The notes under the pieces were generated by a model. It was not told the origin of the DNA. It searched no databases and saw only the letters and a list, made by a program, of their open reading frames with translations. From contig JBNKCR010000007.1 in NCBI GenBank assembly GCA_050287845.1, forward strand, positions 1-64,000: DNA of 64,000 nt, in the 5' to 3' direction. The translations under genes were made by a program, and so were the position numbers. The stretch is from Polyangia bacterium. Lineage in GTDB: Bacteria > Myxococcota_A > Polyangia > JAAYKL01. Shown piece after piece: positions 1 to 10,914 of this stretch (position 1 is its first letter; each line of letters starts with the position of its first letter).

Positions 1-311
1 GAGCTGGGGTATTTTTCCTGTATCTTCACCACTTTTCCCTCAAATTGTCGCTTTACTGCACAAATACCGGGGTAATTCTTTTTGCACAGCTTTTAGAAAC
101 CGCTTAAACACAACGATTCAGAACACCTCGAATAGCTCATAGTTAAAATATTCCTGCACATTTCCTGAAGACAATGATTTGTCGGGTAAGTTTGGCCACC
201 TTCTTTGGGAGGGAAAGGTACACGTATGTTATGAATATTTCGCGCAATCTGATTTCTTTCAATTTGACGCGCCGTCTGTGAGCTCTGTTATTTTTACGAA
301 AGGAAGCAATA

Positions 312-1832
312 ATGCTTAGAATTCTTCTGTTCTTTTTTTGTACAATGCTATTGGGGGCAGTTGGCTGTTCTCAGGAATCCACCAACAATACAGCAACGGT
401 GACGGACGCTGACTCTGACTCTGATTCCGATACCGATACAGACACTGACTCTGACTCCGATACAGACTCTGACTCTGATTCCGATTCCGATACCGACACG
501 GACTCCGATTCCGATACCGACACGGACTCCGATTCCGATACCGACACGGACTCCGATTCCGATACCGACACGGATTCTGATTCCGATACCGACACGGACT
601 CCGATTCCGATACCGACACGGACTCCGATTCCGATACCGACACGGATTCCGATTCCGATACCGACACGGACTCCGATTCCGATACCGATACGGACTCCGA
701 TTCCGATACCGACACGGACTCTGATTCCGATACCGATACGACAGGAATGGAGCACACGGCAAGCGAGTTGGCGGCGTCCATGTATGCCGGCTGGAATGTG
801 GGTAATTCTCTTGAAGTGCCCGAGGGAGAAACCGCATGGGGGAATCCCCTGGTTTCGCAGTCATTAATCGATGCGGTGAACGAAGCGGGATTCAACACGG
901 TTCGTATTCCGTGCGCCTGGGATAGCCACATCGTGAATAATAAAATCGATCCGGCCTGGCTGGCGAGAGTGAAAGAGGTGGTCGACTATTGTTACAAAAA
1001 CGACATGTATGTGATTATCAACATCCACTGGGACGGGGGGTGGCTCGAAAATAATCCGACCTATGCGCAGCAGGATGCGGTAAATGCAAAGCAGGAAGAA
1101 TATTGGCAGCAAATCGCGGATTATTTTGCGGATTATGACGAACACCTGCTTTTTGCCGGCGCCAACGAGGTAAACCTTGACTGGGCTGAGCCTACCGCGG
1201 AAAATCTGGAGGTACAGGAATCCTATCTTCAAACCTTTGTTGACACGGTTCGTTCTACCGGCGGAAAAAATACCTACCGGACATTAATTGTTCAGTCCTA
1301 TTCGTGCAATGCCGAGTATGCACAGTCGATGAATCTTCCCTCTGACCCGACGAGCGACAGAATGATGGCGGAGGTTCATTCCTATGAGCCGTATCAATTT
1401 GGCCTGATGGAGGAAGATGCGGACTGGGGGAATATGTTCTATTTCTGGGGAGCGAATTATCATCAGTATGACACAACCGGAGGCACCAGAACGGCAACAT
1501 GGGGTGAAGAAGATTATATGGATACCTACTACCATGATCTGAAAACAAAATTTGTCGATTCCGGCGTACCGGTGATTCTCGGCGAATATGGCGCAATCCA
1601 CAGGGCAAACCTCGGTGACATCCAGAGTAACTACGAGGCATCCCGTGCATATTACTATGAATATGTAACAAAGGTGGCCAAAGACAACGGTGTGGTTCCG
1701 GTGGTCTGGGACAACGGATATACCGGTGAAAACGGATTTGCCATCTTTGATCGGAACAACGGTTCTGTACTGGACTCGGCGGTTCTCAAAGGAATAATGA
1801 AGGGCGCCGAAGCAGGGAAATATCCATTCTGA
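312..1832 (+). CDS. GH5 endoglucanase/cellulase family lipoprotein with Asp-Ser/Thr repeat linker
   Basis: Lipobox AVGC; about 110-aa DSDSDTDT linker; GH5 motifs [27 protein letters not shown] (acid/base), EVHSY, ILGEYG (nucleophile), WDNG; RBS-like AAGGA upstream. Confidence 0.92.
   Translation: MLRILLFFFCTMLLGAVGCSQESTNNTATVTDADSDSDSDTDTDTDSDSDTDSDSDSDSDTDTDSDSDTDTDSDSDTDTDSDSDTDTDSDSDTDTDSDSDTDTDSDSDTDTDSDSDTDTDSDSDTDTDSDSDTDTDSDSDTDTTGMEHTASELAASMYAGWNVGNSLEVPEGETAWGNPLVSQSLIDAVNEAGFNTVRIPCAWDSHIVNNKIDPAWLARVKEVVDYCYKNDMYVIINIHWDGGWLENNPTYAQQDAVNAKQEEYWQQIADYFADYDEHLLFAGANEVNLDWAEPTAENLEVQESYLQTFVDTVRSTGGKNTYRTLIVQSYSCNAEYAQSMNLPSDPTSDRMMAEVHSYEPYQFGLMEEDADWGNMFYFWGANYHQYDTTGGTRTATWGEEDYMDTYYHDLKTKFVDSGVPVILGEYGAIHRANLGDIQSNYEASRAYYYEYVTKVAKDNGVVPVVWDNGYTGENGFAIFDRNNGSVLDSAVLKGIMKGAEAGKYPF
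403..743 (+). repeat. Coding tandem repeat, 24-bp unit GACTCCGATTCCGATACCGACACG (DSDSDTDT), about 10 near-identical copies plus degenerate flanks
   Basis: Directly visible periodic sequence inside the GH5 gene. Confidence 0.95.
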
Positions 1833-2150
1833 GAGTACTTTCAGAGTGAGTGCCCCCACAAAACGCCGCGTGATCTGAGCGCATTCCATCCCCCTTTGGT
1901 CAATCTCCGGCATACGGTGCGCATATCTCTGCAGGGTGCAATTCAAATCCATGTGAGTCTGATTCTTAAAGACACTGTTTGAAAATCAGAAGGAAATCCA
2001 TTGCAATTCAAACAGGCTCCGATACCATCATCTCATCAGAACAGGACGCTTTTGATGCCAGTCGAACAGACATCAGCGAGCCATCGGCAAATCGGCCGAA
2101 ATGGTTTTCAGAATCGAAACTTGTCTGTTCCCTTGTTCACACCGGAGTAA

Positions 2151-4709
2151 TTGATGATGAAACGATTTTTTTACTGTGTTGCCCTGCTGCTTTTTGCGTT
2201 TGTGGGATGTTCGGATGAACCTCAGAAAAAAGAGGAGAATGCCGACTCAATCACATACGAACTTTTTGCGACGACCCATCTGATTGAAAACGGCGATGCT
2301 GCCGGCCTGCTCGGATACAGCGAGGATGGCACACTCACATTTTCTCTGGCGAGCGAAGAAGCTGAAAAACTGGTAGCCAATCACGTTATCATTATCGGTC
2401 CGTCTGCAAAGACGCCCCGCGGGCTGCTGAGGCAAATCAATTCAATTGAAATGACATCGGACGGATATTCTGTCAAAACAAGTCCATGTCCTATTCAGCG
2501 GGCGTTTAAATCGCTACATCTCTCCATGCAAAGGCCAGTGGAACTCGCTGCGTCCGACATCAATTGGGACGTGGCCCCAGGGACCGTTCTTTCACCTTCC
2601 AATGAAACGATTTCCTTCCTTCACAAGGGAGGGAAGTCGTTGGGTCCATACACCATTGACTATTATCCCTTCGATGGGGACAACGATCACTCGACTCCCG
2701 AGGATCAGGTGCACGTTGTTGCAAATATGCATGGAGAGCTGTTGTATGTTTTCGGAATAGATTTCGACTGGCCAGACAATATTGGTGATGTGCTCGGTGG
2801 CGATGTGCTGCCGGAAGTCACCGCCGGCTATTACGTCAGTGGTGGTGCCGGAGCATCATTTTCGATGGAAGGAACAGCGATCCGGGATTTTCATCGAAAA
2901 GACAAACTGGCTCATGCTGATCTGGGTGGCTTTGCCATTGGACCTTTGTATTTTCACGCCTCCCTGGACCTTTTGTCCGAGGTTACAGGGGCGGCCAAAA
3001 GCCGTTTTGAAATCAATTCAGGTGCGGAGTCTTCGTTTGAAGCGGGAGCTTTTTTCTCTTCGGACGATGGCGGACATCTGGTGCCCCCCACTTCAGAATC
3101 TGAAGCGTCGGTGTTGAGTGCAAAAGCTACCGAGACGGCAGCTATCAAGGTTTCCGTTGGGCCCAGAATAAAGCTGCTTCTGTATGATACACTCGGTCCA
3201 TACGCATCGGTGAATGCATTTTCCGAATTGTCGGCGGACTCCGAACGCGACCCATCGAAATGCTGGAACCTGAAACTCGGACTGGAAGGAGAAATCGGTA
3301 TTGAGCTGGCTTTGTTCGGAGAGACGCTATCGAATTGGGGAGAGTCGTTTTCTCTCATGGACAAGACCCTCGCGGAAGGGTCCTGTCTGAAGAATCCCGA
3401 CGCAGAAACACCGCCGGACATTTCAGAACCCGCTTTTGATTTCTGGTCTCTCCGACTGGCGCAAACTTCCGGGTCATGGGTGTATGAGGACAGATTGAAT
3501 CTGGTTCAGTCGATTGACAGCCATTGGCTTCTGAGTGGAAATCAGGTGAAAACGTTTTCGAAAATCACTGAAAACGGTGAGATACTGTATGCGAAGCGAT
3601 ACACTGACCAGAATGCCGTTATCCCGCTTCCCATGTCTGTGGTTGCGGCCATTCCAACCTCTGCGATTACGATAATGGCACTCACTTCGAATCCGATTGG
3701 CATCATGAATCTATCCAACGACGGCAGCCAGTTGTGGAACATGTTTCCGGTATTGGACACCCCGTCCACCAGAGGACTCACCTCAATTATCGAAGTTGCC
3801 GATGGGTTTGTGATCGGCGGTGCAGTGTACGATGAGGTGGCGCAGAACAATGATGCATGGATTTTCAAAATTGACAGAAACGGTGGTCTCCTGTGGTCGA
3901 AAAAAATTGGTTTCCCCGAATCTGAGGAGTGGATAACGTCACTGGTTGGCACGGATGACGGGTTTATGGCAATTGGCCGTAGCTTCGCTGTTTCTCAGGA
4001 ACCCGGAAATCAGCCTTTTATTGTCCGATTCAACCTTAGCGGAGAAATCATCTGGAAAAAAACAGTTGTGGGTTGTGATTCGACCAGTGGCCTCACGCTC
4101 AGTGACGCCATTCAATCCCATGACGGAGATTATATTCTGGGTGGTTCATTTGGCACAGGCACCACCAAAGCCGTTCTGATGAAAATTAAACCGGATGGTA
4201 CCGTTGGGTGGATAAACGGTTTCCAGAATGACACCATCGCGACCCTCGGACTGGATGTAAAAGATATTCTGCAGCTCACCGACGGCGGATATCTGCTGAG
4301 TGGCACTATCTGGACTTCCGGCAGCAGTGACTATCTGTTTGTGGCAAGAACCGATGCCGTTGGTCGACCGACCTGGGTGAAACGACTTGACGACAAGCAA
4401 ATCGACACTGCCGCAGGATGCGCGCTCACCGGCGAAGGTGGTGCAATGGTCGCCGGGTATTCCGGATTCAAAGCCAGTGCGACAGATACCTATTCGAGCA
4501 TCTGGCTGAGCAGAATCGGGGTGAAGGACGGCGTTCTTTCAATCCCGTCTATGCCGGAAGCAGTTGCAGACGAAGGGGTTGACAGTATCGATTCCCCATG
4601 TGTAACCGTTATTGATGCACCTTGGAGCCCGGAAGACTTTCCAGTGGTATTCACGCAAAAAGAGGTGGTGGAAGAAACCATCGAACCGATTATCAACCAA
4701 CTGCTCTGA
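2151..4709 (+). CDS. Large lipoprotein of unknown function with C-terminal beta-propeller-like repeats
   Basis: Lipobox FVGC; repeated W-x-K ... DGG/DGD-Y-I/L-L-x-G blades in the C-terminal half; GGAG RBS upstream. Confidence 0.75.
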   Translation: MMMKRFFYCVALLLFAFVGCSDEPQKKEENADSITYELFATTHLIENGDAAGLLGYSEDGTLTFSLASEEAEKLVANHVIIIGPSAKTPRGLLRQINSIEMTSDGYSVKTSPCPIQRAFKSLHLSMQRPVELAASDINWDVAPGTVLSPSNETISFLHKGGKSLGPYTIDYYPFDGDNDHSTPEDQVHVVANMHGELLYVFGIDFDWPDNIGDVLGGDVLPEVTAGYYVSGGAGASFSMEGTAIRDFHRKDKLAHADLGGFAIGPLYFHASLDLLSEVTGAAKSRFEINSGAESSFEAGAFFSSDDGGHLVPPTSESEASVLSAKATETAAIKVSVGPRIKLLLYDTLGPYASVNAFSELSADSERDPSKCWNLKLGLEGEIGIELALFGETLSNWGESFSLMDKTLAEGSCLKNPDAETPPDISEPAFDFWSLRLAQTSGSWVYEDRLNLVQSIDSHWLLSGNQVKTFSKITENGEILYAKRYTDQNAVIPLPMSVVAAIPTSAITIMALTSNPIGIMNLSNDGSQLWNMFPVLDTPSTRGLTSIIEVADGFVIGGAVYDEVAQNNDAWIFKIDRNGGLLWSKKIGFPESEEWITSLVGTDDGFMAIGRSFAVSQEPGNQPFIVRFNLSGEIIWKKTVVGCDSTSGLTLSDAIQSHDGDYILGGSFGTGTTKAVLMKIKPDGTVGWINGFQNDTIATLGLDVKDILQLTDGGYLLSGTIWTSGSSDYLFVARTDAVGRPTWVKRLDDKQIDTAAGCALTGEGGAMVAGYSGFKASATDTYSSIWLSRIGVKDGVLSIPSMPEAVADEGVDSIDSPCVTVIDAPWSPEDFPVVFTQKEVVEETIEPIINQLL

Positions 4710-5014
4710 ATTGGCTTCGCTTCAAGTGGCAGGGGGTTGCGTATGACCTACATCAGCTGGTCGGCAACTTCCTCCAGTTTGTCTGGCTCCCACATCACCG
4801 TTTGCTGCTGATTCATGTCAAAATATGTTTTCGTTTCATCGAACCCGTCCTTTTTACAACCGGCGTTTCTTTGCAACGGAAACTTGTCTCCCTTCATCCG
4901 AGGATGAAAAACCGCTCATTTCCCGGGATGAAAAAGAGGTTTTCATTTTAGCCGGTTGGGATAGTATTCCGGCGACGGATAAACACTACGGCTTCGACGC
5001 GGAAAGGGATTGTC

Positions 5015-6421
5015 ATGAAAACAGCCCATGACTATTTTCACAACTACCTCTTACAGAACATCGCGGATTCAGATGTGCTGCAACGGATGCGGAATGTCAT
5101 TGCGGAATTCTCCGCCAGAGCGCCCAAGATGATTGTCATGAAATGCATTGACGGCAGGGTTCACGGCAGCGCCGCCAAAGGGTATCCGCCCACTACGGTG
5201 GTCTTCGGACGTACCGATGGCAACAAGGTTTCTCTGGAACGCAGTAATTTCTGGTACTGGAACCGTATCGACCGGGTGGTGAAAAACGCCTATTTCAACA
5301 CACCGCAAACCCCGGCCATGTTCATTGCCTTCATGCACCATTCCGCATCCGGGCTGGGCTGCGCATCGCACAAATCCAACGATGCAGATGCGCTTAAATC
5401 CATTGAGATGCAGATGCGGGAAGTACGAAAACAATATTCCGCAGAAGAACTTTTTGTTCTGGGCGGAGATACGGAGACAGACACCATGTCGGAGGCACTT
5501 CTGTTCATGGATGGCACAAGACTGGACAGCGCCGAAATCATCTCCTACTGTAACCTGAAAAACCCCATCGACGTGTTTCACCGGGCGTTTGTGTCCAAAA
5601 AAATTGACGACATTGCCACCTGTCGCAATCTCGGACATGCAACTCCGGCTGAACTGCTCGAAGGCGACAACCCCGGATTTTTCGCCAATCTGGACATCTG
5701 CCTCAACATGCAGAATTACCTGCTGCGTACCATTACCACCAGCATCCGCCGCGACCGCAGCGAACTGTATCGCATTGTCCGACCGGACGTGCTGGACCTG
5801 ATCTTCAATACAATCCAGCATATTGAAATTCCCGAAAATCTCCTGGGACCCATCGTGTATCAGACCGTGTGGAATATCGCATACTCCCTGAATCATACCC
5901 GGCTGCTCCGCAACATGACCGAAGAGGGCCGTACCGCGCAAGTGGATCACGCGGAAGAGCTGGCGTGTTATGGCGACGGTTTCGAAACCCTGACCCGGAA
6001 CAAATCTGTCCTGGTGAAGACCGGTCGCGGCAACGACATCGACGCGCTTCAGGTGGCCAGAGCGGTGCTGGAGAAAAACCGCATCCGTTACCATCAGGAC
6101 CACAAGCTGCTGGTTCATATCAATGTGGAAGTGAACGGACAGATGATGCAATGGGAAGACTTCAATGTGAACGTGGGCGCCCGTATACTTACCATGCTGC
6201 GCAATGTGAGCGAAGTCTTCGGAGACGACGTGGCCATCCTGACATCGTACTCATATCGCAGCGAAAAGCGGTTTTATCCTGTCAAGATCTCCAGAGAAGA
6301 CCAGCGACTGGTCTATCCCGTGGACGTCATTGCCCCCATCAACTCCATCGCAAAATTCAGCAACCTGTTACTGCAGGCCGAAGAGGCGCTCTATCGGATG
6401 CGTTTCGCACAACAGAACTGA
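5015..6421 (+). CDS. CsoSCA-like (carboxysome-type beta class) carbonic anhydrase homolog
   Basis: CIDGR (CxDxR), HHSASGLGCASH (Zn His/Cys), LGGDTETD and DHAEELACYGDGFETLTRN resemble conserved CsoSCA blocks. Confidence 0.7.
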   Translation: MKTAHDYFHNYLLQNIADSDVLQRMRNVIAEFSARAPKMIVMKCIDGRVHGSAAKGYPPTTVVFGRTDGNKVSLERSNFWYWNRIDRVVKNAYFNTPQTPAMFIAFMHHSASGLGCASHKSNDADALKSIEMQMREVRKQYSAEELFVLGGDTETDTMSEALLFMDGTRLDSAEIISYCNLKNPIDVFHRAFVSKKIDDIATCRNLGHATPAELLEGDNPGFFANLDICLNMQNYLLRTITTSIRRDRSELYRIVRPDVLDLIFNTIQHIEIPENLLGPIVYQTVWNIAYSLNHTRLLRNMTEEGRTAQVDHAEELACYGDGFETLTRNKSVLVKTGRGNDIDALQVARAVLEKNRIRYHQDHKLLVHINVEVNGQMMQWEDFNVNVGARILTMLRNVSEVFGDDVAILTSYSYRSEKRFYPVKISREDQRLVYPVDVIAPINSIAKFSNLLLQAEEALYRMRFAQQN

Positions 6422-6504
6422 CAAGCCAACCGCTTTATTTTCTCAGTGCTGAGGGCGTCGGCGAAAGCCCAGCCAACCTCCCCGTGGTCGCACTTCGCGC
6501 GAAC

Positions 6505-6849
6505 CTACGGCGTGGCGACGGACACCAGTCGCACCTGCACCCTGACCTCAACCTCGTCATTCTGGGTCCTGGCGATAATCGTGGCATCACCGCTGGCCCG
6601 GGCGCTCAATCGACCCGAATCACTCACTTCCACAATGCCAGGGTCCTTTGACTCAAAGATCACGCCGTCTATGCGCACCTCCTGGCCCTCGAAATCGACA
6701 ATGTGGGCGGTAAGAATCGGGTGATCATCCGGCCGATTGATTTTCACCGTTTCCGGGGTCACGTTGAGTCTGAAGAGATCCCGTTCACAGCCCGAAAAAA
6801 GAACGAGAGAGGCAATGATGGCGATAGTCCCAAAAAAAATGCGTTTCAT
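6505..6849 (-). CDS. Small lipoprotein with Ig-like (Big_2-type) domain
   Basis: Start moved to ATG 6849 (GAGGA RBS); lipobox FSGC; FESKDPGIVEVSDSGRLSARASGDATIIA resembles Big_2. Confidence 0.75.
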   Translation of the reverse strand: MKRIFFGTIAIIASLVLFSGCERDLFRLNVTPETVKINRPDDHPILTAHIVDFEGQEVRIDGVIFESKDPGIVEVSDSGRLSARASGDATIIARTQNDEVEVRVQVRLVSVATP

Positions 6850-7210
6850 GACTATCCTCGCTTTCTCCACCGGCCGGTAAATCGCACCGGTGGACAATGG
6901 CAAATGTCGCAGAATCGGCATCCGCCGGTTTGATATGCATTTGCCGAACAGAGCAGCGACACAACATCGGGTGAGCGCGGTTACATATCGAGCGAACCAG
7001 CACGAGGCGGAACTGGCGGTAAGGCGCCAGGGGCGAGAGACCGAACGACGTCATACAATCGCGCAAATGAGTTTGCACCAAAAAGCGCCGCTGTTCGTCC
7101 ACACCCTCTCATTGTACAGCAGAAATCCCCGTGCAACCTGGAATTAGTACAAAATCATCAATTCCGGGTGTGAATTCCCAGGACGATAATTTTACGCCTG
7201 CAACAGGAAC

Positions 7211-7252
7211 AGGGCTGTCGGAGTGCCACAGAGGGCTGTCGGAGTGCCACAG
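7211..7252. repeat. 21-bp exact tandem duplication AGGGCTGTCGGAGTGCCACAG x2
   Basis: Visible directly, just downstream of the alkaline phosphatase stop codon. Confidence 0.9.
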
Positions 7253-7265
7253 CAGGCAATGCCGT

Positions 7266-9119
7266 CTACTCCGATTTCACCCCCAGAAAATGCGCCATGG
7301 CGGCGTATATATGGGTGTTGTCTATCATGGGCAGATTCGGATATTGCACATATTGATACGTTTCAAACAGCCGCTTCGCTCCCCCGGCAATTCCGGCGCC
7401 TTCCGCATATACTCGAACCGGTTCATTGGTGTGTCCGCCGCTGCCATAAGTCATCCGGGGGACCTCATCTTCCAACCGGGGCAGTTCCCCGGGGCCCAAT
7501 GGATTGGTTTCATCGTAACTGATATAGCCGTTGGCATGATCGGCGGTGACGACAATCAATGTGTTTTCGAGGGTGATGTTGTCACCATCCTCATTCACCC
7601 AGTCCACCGCCGACTGGACGGCTCGCTCAAAGTCCCAGGCAGAGCCAAGCATCCATTCGTAGTTGTTCGCGTGGTTGGCTTTATCAATGGTTCCCCCTTC
7701 CACCATCAGAAAGAAACCGTTGTCATTTTCAGACAACACCCTGACCGCCGCCATGGTCATCTCTGCCAGCGACGGTTCCTCGACAGGGGCGTCATTGAAT
7801 GCGGGACTGCCGGGAGAATCCAACGGAGACGGCATGGGAATCATGAACGTTCCGAACAACCCGAACAGGGGCAACTGCTGCGCCACCGCCTCCGATGCCG
7901 CACGCGCCAGACTGTCCCCACCGTCCTCGCCCCTGGCCCATTCCGTGAAGACCAGGGTCGTTGTGCTGTTCAGCCAATTGTATTCGGCTTCACTCAACGC
8001 GGTAAATGATCCGGATTTCTCCGGACTGCCTGCCGAAATCACCACATCAGGAGATGTTCTGAAAATAATTTCCCGGGCAATATCATGATAATTATTTCGA
8101 GATACGTTGTGCGAAACAAACGCGGCGGGAGTGGCATGGCTGAATGCCACGGTGCTGACAACCCCCACTTTCAAATCCATCTCCTGCGCCTGCTCGGCGA
8201 TGGTGGGAATCTGCCCATCCGGCCAATCATGTCGTTCCCACGAAATATTACCATGGGCTGTCTTCTGCCCGGTGGCCAGTGCTGTGGCAGCGGCCCCGGA
8301 ATCGGTCGCAGACTTTAGCAGATACGCCCGGGAATCATCGTCACCGCGATTCATTCTATCTCCGCCAATGGCCGGATTGTACCCCCATATCGGAATCACA
8401 TTTTCCGGATTGTACCCCGTATCTGCATCAGTATCATCTGAAGTATCGCCTTCCGTATCCGTTTCCTCCGACTGAGGAAAGTGTCTGTTATACGTATTCA
8501 CATCCCAGGTGGTCACGTAGTTCTCATAATCAAACTGATGAAATGAAAGACCATTATCTGTCCCGTAAAGATATCGGCTCAATCCGATTTCGCACTGATA
8601 CCCCATCCCATCACCGATAAACAGAATCACATGCCGCGGACCGTCGTAGTCTATTTCGGGGGGCGGTCTGGGCGCCGTGACCGATTCTGACGTATCTGAA
8701 GTGTCGGAATCGTCCGAACTATCCGTATCGGATTCGGAGGAAGTGTCCGGACATTCAACGGTCATGATACTGAATTTTTTCGATCGCCAACCGCACGACG
8801 AGCTGATGTACACATTGAATTCGGTGATCCCCGGTACACCGTCGTTAAAAAACTGCCATTGCCCTTCGTTTTCAGAGAGGGGTGCCAGCGTCCCGTTGGA
8901 CGATGTGATTGCATACTTCACTTCCGCCGTTTTATCCGCCATCGAAACACGAACCGGAACGGATTCCCCCGCACATACAAAGGGATGGGATGTGCCGGCA
9001 AAAGCAACATCCAACTGAGGACATGCTGCATCGCTTTCGGAAATTCCGGGAAATGAACACCCCGTGGCGGTCACCAGACAAATGGCACACACCGCTGGGC
9101 CAGACAGAAAAAATTTCAT
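7266..9119 (-). CDS. Alkaline phosphatase (PhoA family) lipoprotein
   Basis: ILFIGDGMG, TDSGAAATALATG (catalytic Ser), HATPAAF, MVEGGTIDKANHAN, VTADHAN, GGHT; lipobox ATGC; start moved to ATG 9119. Confidence 0.9.
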   Translation of the reverse strand: MKFFLSGPAVCAICLVTATGCSFPGISESDAACPQLDVAFAGTSHPFVCAGESVPVRVSMADKTAEVKYAITSSNGTLAPLSENEGQWQFFNDGVPGITEFNVYISSSCGWRSKKFSIMTVECPDTSSESDTDSSDDSDTSDTSESVTAPRPPPEIDYDGPRHVILFIGDGMGYQCEIGLSRYLYGTDNGLSFHQFDYENYVTTWDVNTYNRHFPQSEETDTEGDTSDDTDADTGYNPENVIPIWGYNPAIGGDRMNRGDDDSRAYLLKSATDSGAAATALATGQKTAHGNISWERHDWPDGQIPTIAEQAQEMDLKVGVVSTVAFSHATPAAFVSHNVSRNNYHDIAREIIFRTSPDVVISAGSPEKSGSFTALSEAEYNWLNSTTTLVFTEWARGEDGGDSLARAASEAVAQQLPLFGLFGTFMIPMPSPLDSPGSPAFNDAPVEEPSLAEMTMAAVRVLSENDNGFFLMVEGGTIDKANHANNYEWMLGSAWDFERAVQSAVDWVNEDGDNITLENTLIVVTADHANGYISYDETNPLGPGELPRLEDEVPRMTYGSGGHTNEPVRVYAEGAGIAGGAKRLFETYQYVQYPNLPMIDNTHIYAAMAHFLGVKSE

Positions 9120-9333
9120 CCTCCGCGCGTCCCTTTCCGTCTCGCGCCGATATACAGTACCCGTGTATTCCAGGATATCTACTGAAGAATATGCTGTAAG
9201 CGCGACAACATTCAACCAGTATAGCCATTTTTCTTCCGGAACTCAAAAGGGTTACGTCAAGCAACGAAAAGTCACCACCGCATACAGTGATTTCGACCAT
9301 TTCGCGCCCATACGTGCCGGAAGTCGCCTCCCC

Positions 9334-10599
9334 TCACACTGATTCCCCGCTCCCGAAGACCGGTGTGTTTTTCCTGTTCCCGCTGAACACCTCTTCCCAG
9401 TTCAGTTTTCCCGTCAGTTGCATCATCACCGCGAGTGTCAGTACCGCAAAGGTTGCGCCTATCATGCCACTGGTTCCCTTGAAGAAAAAGGAGAAGGAAA
9501 AAACCACCAGATAAATGAACTGGGCAACGGGGGCAATACCGAACGCGAATCCGGCGGGAGTAAATAGTCTCAGATACGATGCAGTCAACACTATCGATAC
9601 GACCGAAGCCACGGCGAAAGCCACGTAAATATTCATATGATCGCTGTAGTAGGAGAATATCAGGTGAAATGAGAAAAAAGCGGTAGCCAGAAAAAAGTAA
9701 TGCATCGGATGAATCGAAATCCCTTTCAATATGGAGACCATCATCACGATAAAGAAAAAGAACAGGAGCGGCACCGGCGCAAAAAATGTAATACGGGACA
9801 GTATTTCCCCGGGATTCAGACGGTTGGGAATCGTGATACCAATATCCTTTCCCGTCACCGCATTTTCCAGTTTCCAGCTGAGCGCCATCCCGGATTCTGT
9901 CACCGCGGTGTTGGTGGGCGACAGGGTGTTGTCCACCAGATCGTAGTTCTCAAAGTCTGTCTGCATCTGCACCACAAGGGAATGAATCTGACGAACCGCA
10001 TCGGAATCGGGAGAGAGCAGATAGCGGACATCACTCATCCCCGTTGTGTTGTAAGCCACCTCAAAAGTCACTTCCTCTCCGGGCGACGCCACTTCAACCG
10101 GCTCGTTTTTCAAAAATGCTGAAATATCTTTCCGGGGCCTGCCATTCACAGTGACACGGATGTTCCGGTAAATGGCGTTGTTGTTTCCAAAGGGCGAGAA
10201 GAGATGAACCGTTTCATTCTGATATTTCCGGGGAATGGGGAAAACATAGGTACCGTGGAATGCCGCCTTGAACGTGGGAAACCAGAGCGTCCCCTTTTTT
10301 CGCTGGTCCAATGCGATTTGAACATTCACCCGCTGGGTTCCCGGATCTATTTCCGAAACTTTCCGGTTGTAACGGGTCACATGAACGCCATTCTCGAGTA
10401 CTTCGTAAGGCGCCATCTCCACGTGTTCCATTCGGGGCGCTCGGATCACCAGCGAATCGCCGTACAACGAACGGACTTCCTGATGCAACTTTTCCCAGGA
10501 ACTCGTGGTGCGCTGCAAATTCACGCCTCCCAGAATCATCCAGGCGATAAATGTACACACAAAAATAAAAATCACTGCAATCAACCGTTTAATCGTCAT
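9334..10599 (-). CDS. CreD-like inner membrane protein
   Basis: One N-terminal TM, large soluble domain, about six C-terminal TMs with IHPMHY (CreD-type IHPxQY) motif. Confidence 0.7.
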   Translation of the reverse strand: MTIKRLIAVIFIFVCTFIAWMILGGVNLQRTTSSWEKLHQEVRSLYGDSLVIRAPRMEHVEMAPYEVLENGVHVTRYNRKVSEIDPGTQRVNVQIALDQRKKGTLWFPTFKAAFHGTYVFPIPRKYQNETVHLFSPFGNNNAIYRNIRVTVNGRPRKDISAFLKNEPVEVASPGEEVTFEVAYNTTGMSDVRYLLSPDSDAVRQIHSLVVQMQTDFENYDLVDNTLSPTNTAVTESGMALSWKLENAVTGKDIGITIPNRLNPGEILSRITFFAPVPLLFFFFIVMMVSILKGISIHPMHYFFLATAFFSFHLIFSYYSDHMNIYVAFAVASVVSIVLTASYLRLFTPAGFAFGIAPVAQFIYLVVFSFSFFFKGTSGMIGATFAVLTLAVMMQLTGKLNWEEVFSGNRKNTPVFGSGESV

Positions 10600-10914
10600 G
10601 CTATTCTCTCCTGAGTAAATCCTTTTGTTTCCAGGCTCTCAACGAAAAAAGTCCGTTTTTCATTCCAGAAAAAACGATGAGTCTCTTCAGCAACGCTATT
10701 GTGAGCCGTTTCTGGGGATGGTTTGGCTGGAACCGGGGTTGGCAGAACACCGAATCTGAAAATTCTGCATGGGGGATACTGAACAGATGTTTGCCCGAAA
10801 AAGTGAAGGATTCCAGTCACATCCCTAAAAAAGAGAGGTCAGGGGGGTGCTCGTCGCCAGATTCATTCGTCCAAAGCGGTTGAAGATTCCCTGTAATTTT
10901 AATACCATTGTAAC

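Noticed and set aside
403..743. Possible CRISPR array
   Set aside because: Contiguous in-frame tandem units without unique spacers, inside a CDS; no cas genes in the window
316..931. Antisense and alternative-frame ORFs with RYRNRS, GIGVRV or SVSESE repeats (also near 48175-48644, 54925-55413 and 59283-59902)
   Set aside because: Shadows of the Asp-Ser/Thr coding repeats, which lack stop codons in several frames
6785..7102. 105-aa minus-strand ORF upstream of the Ig-like lipoprotein
   Set aside because: Has a plausible RBS but no recognisable motif and overlaps the lipoprotein gene by 65 bp; cannot be supported
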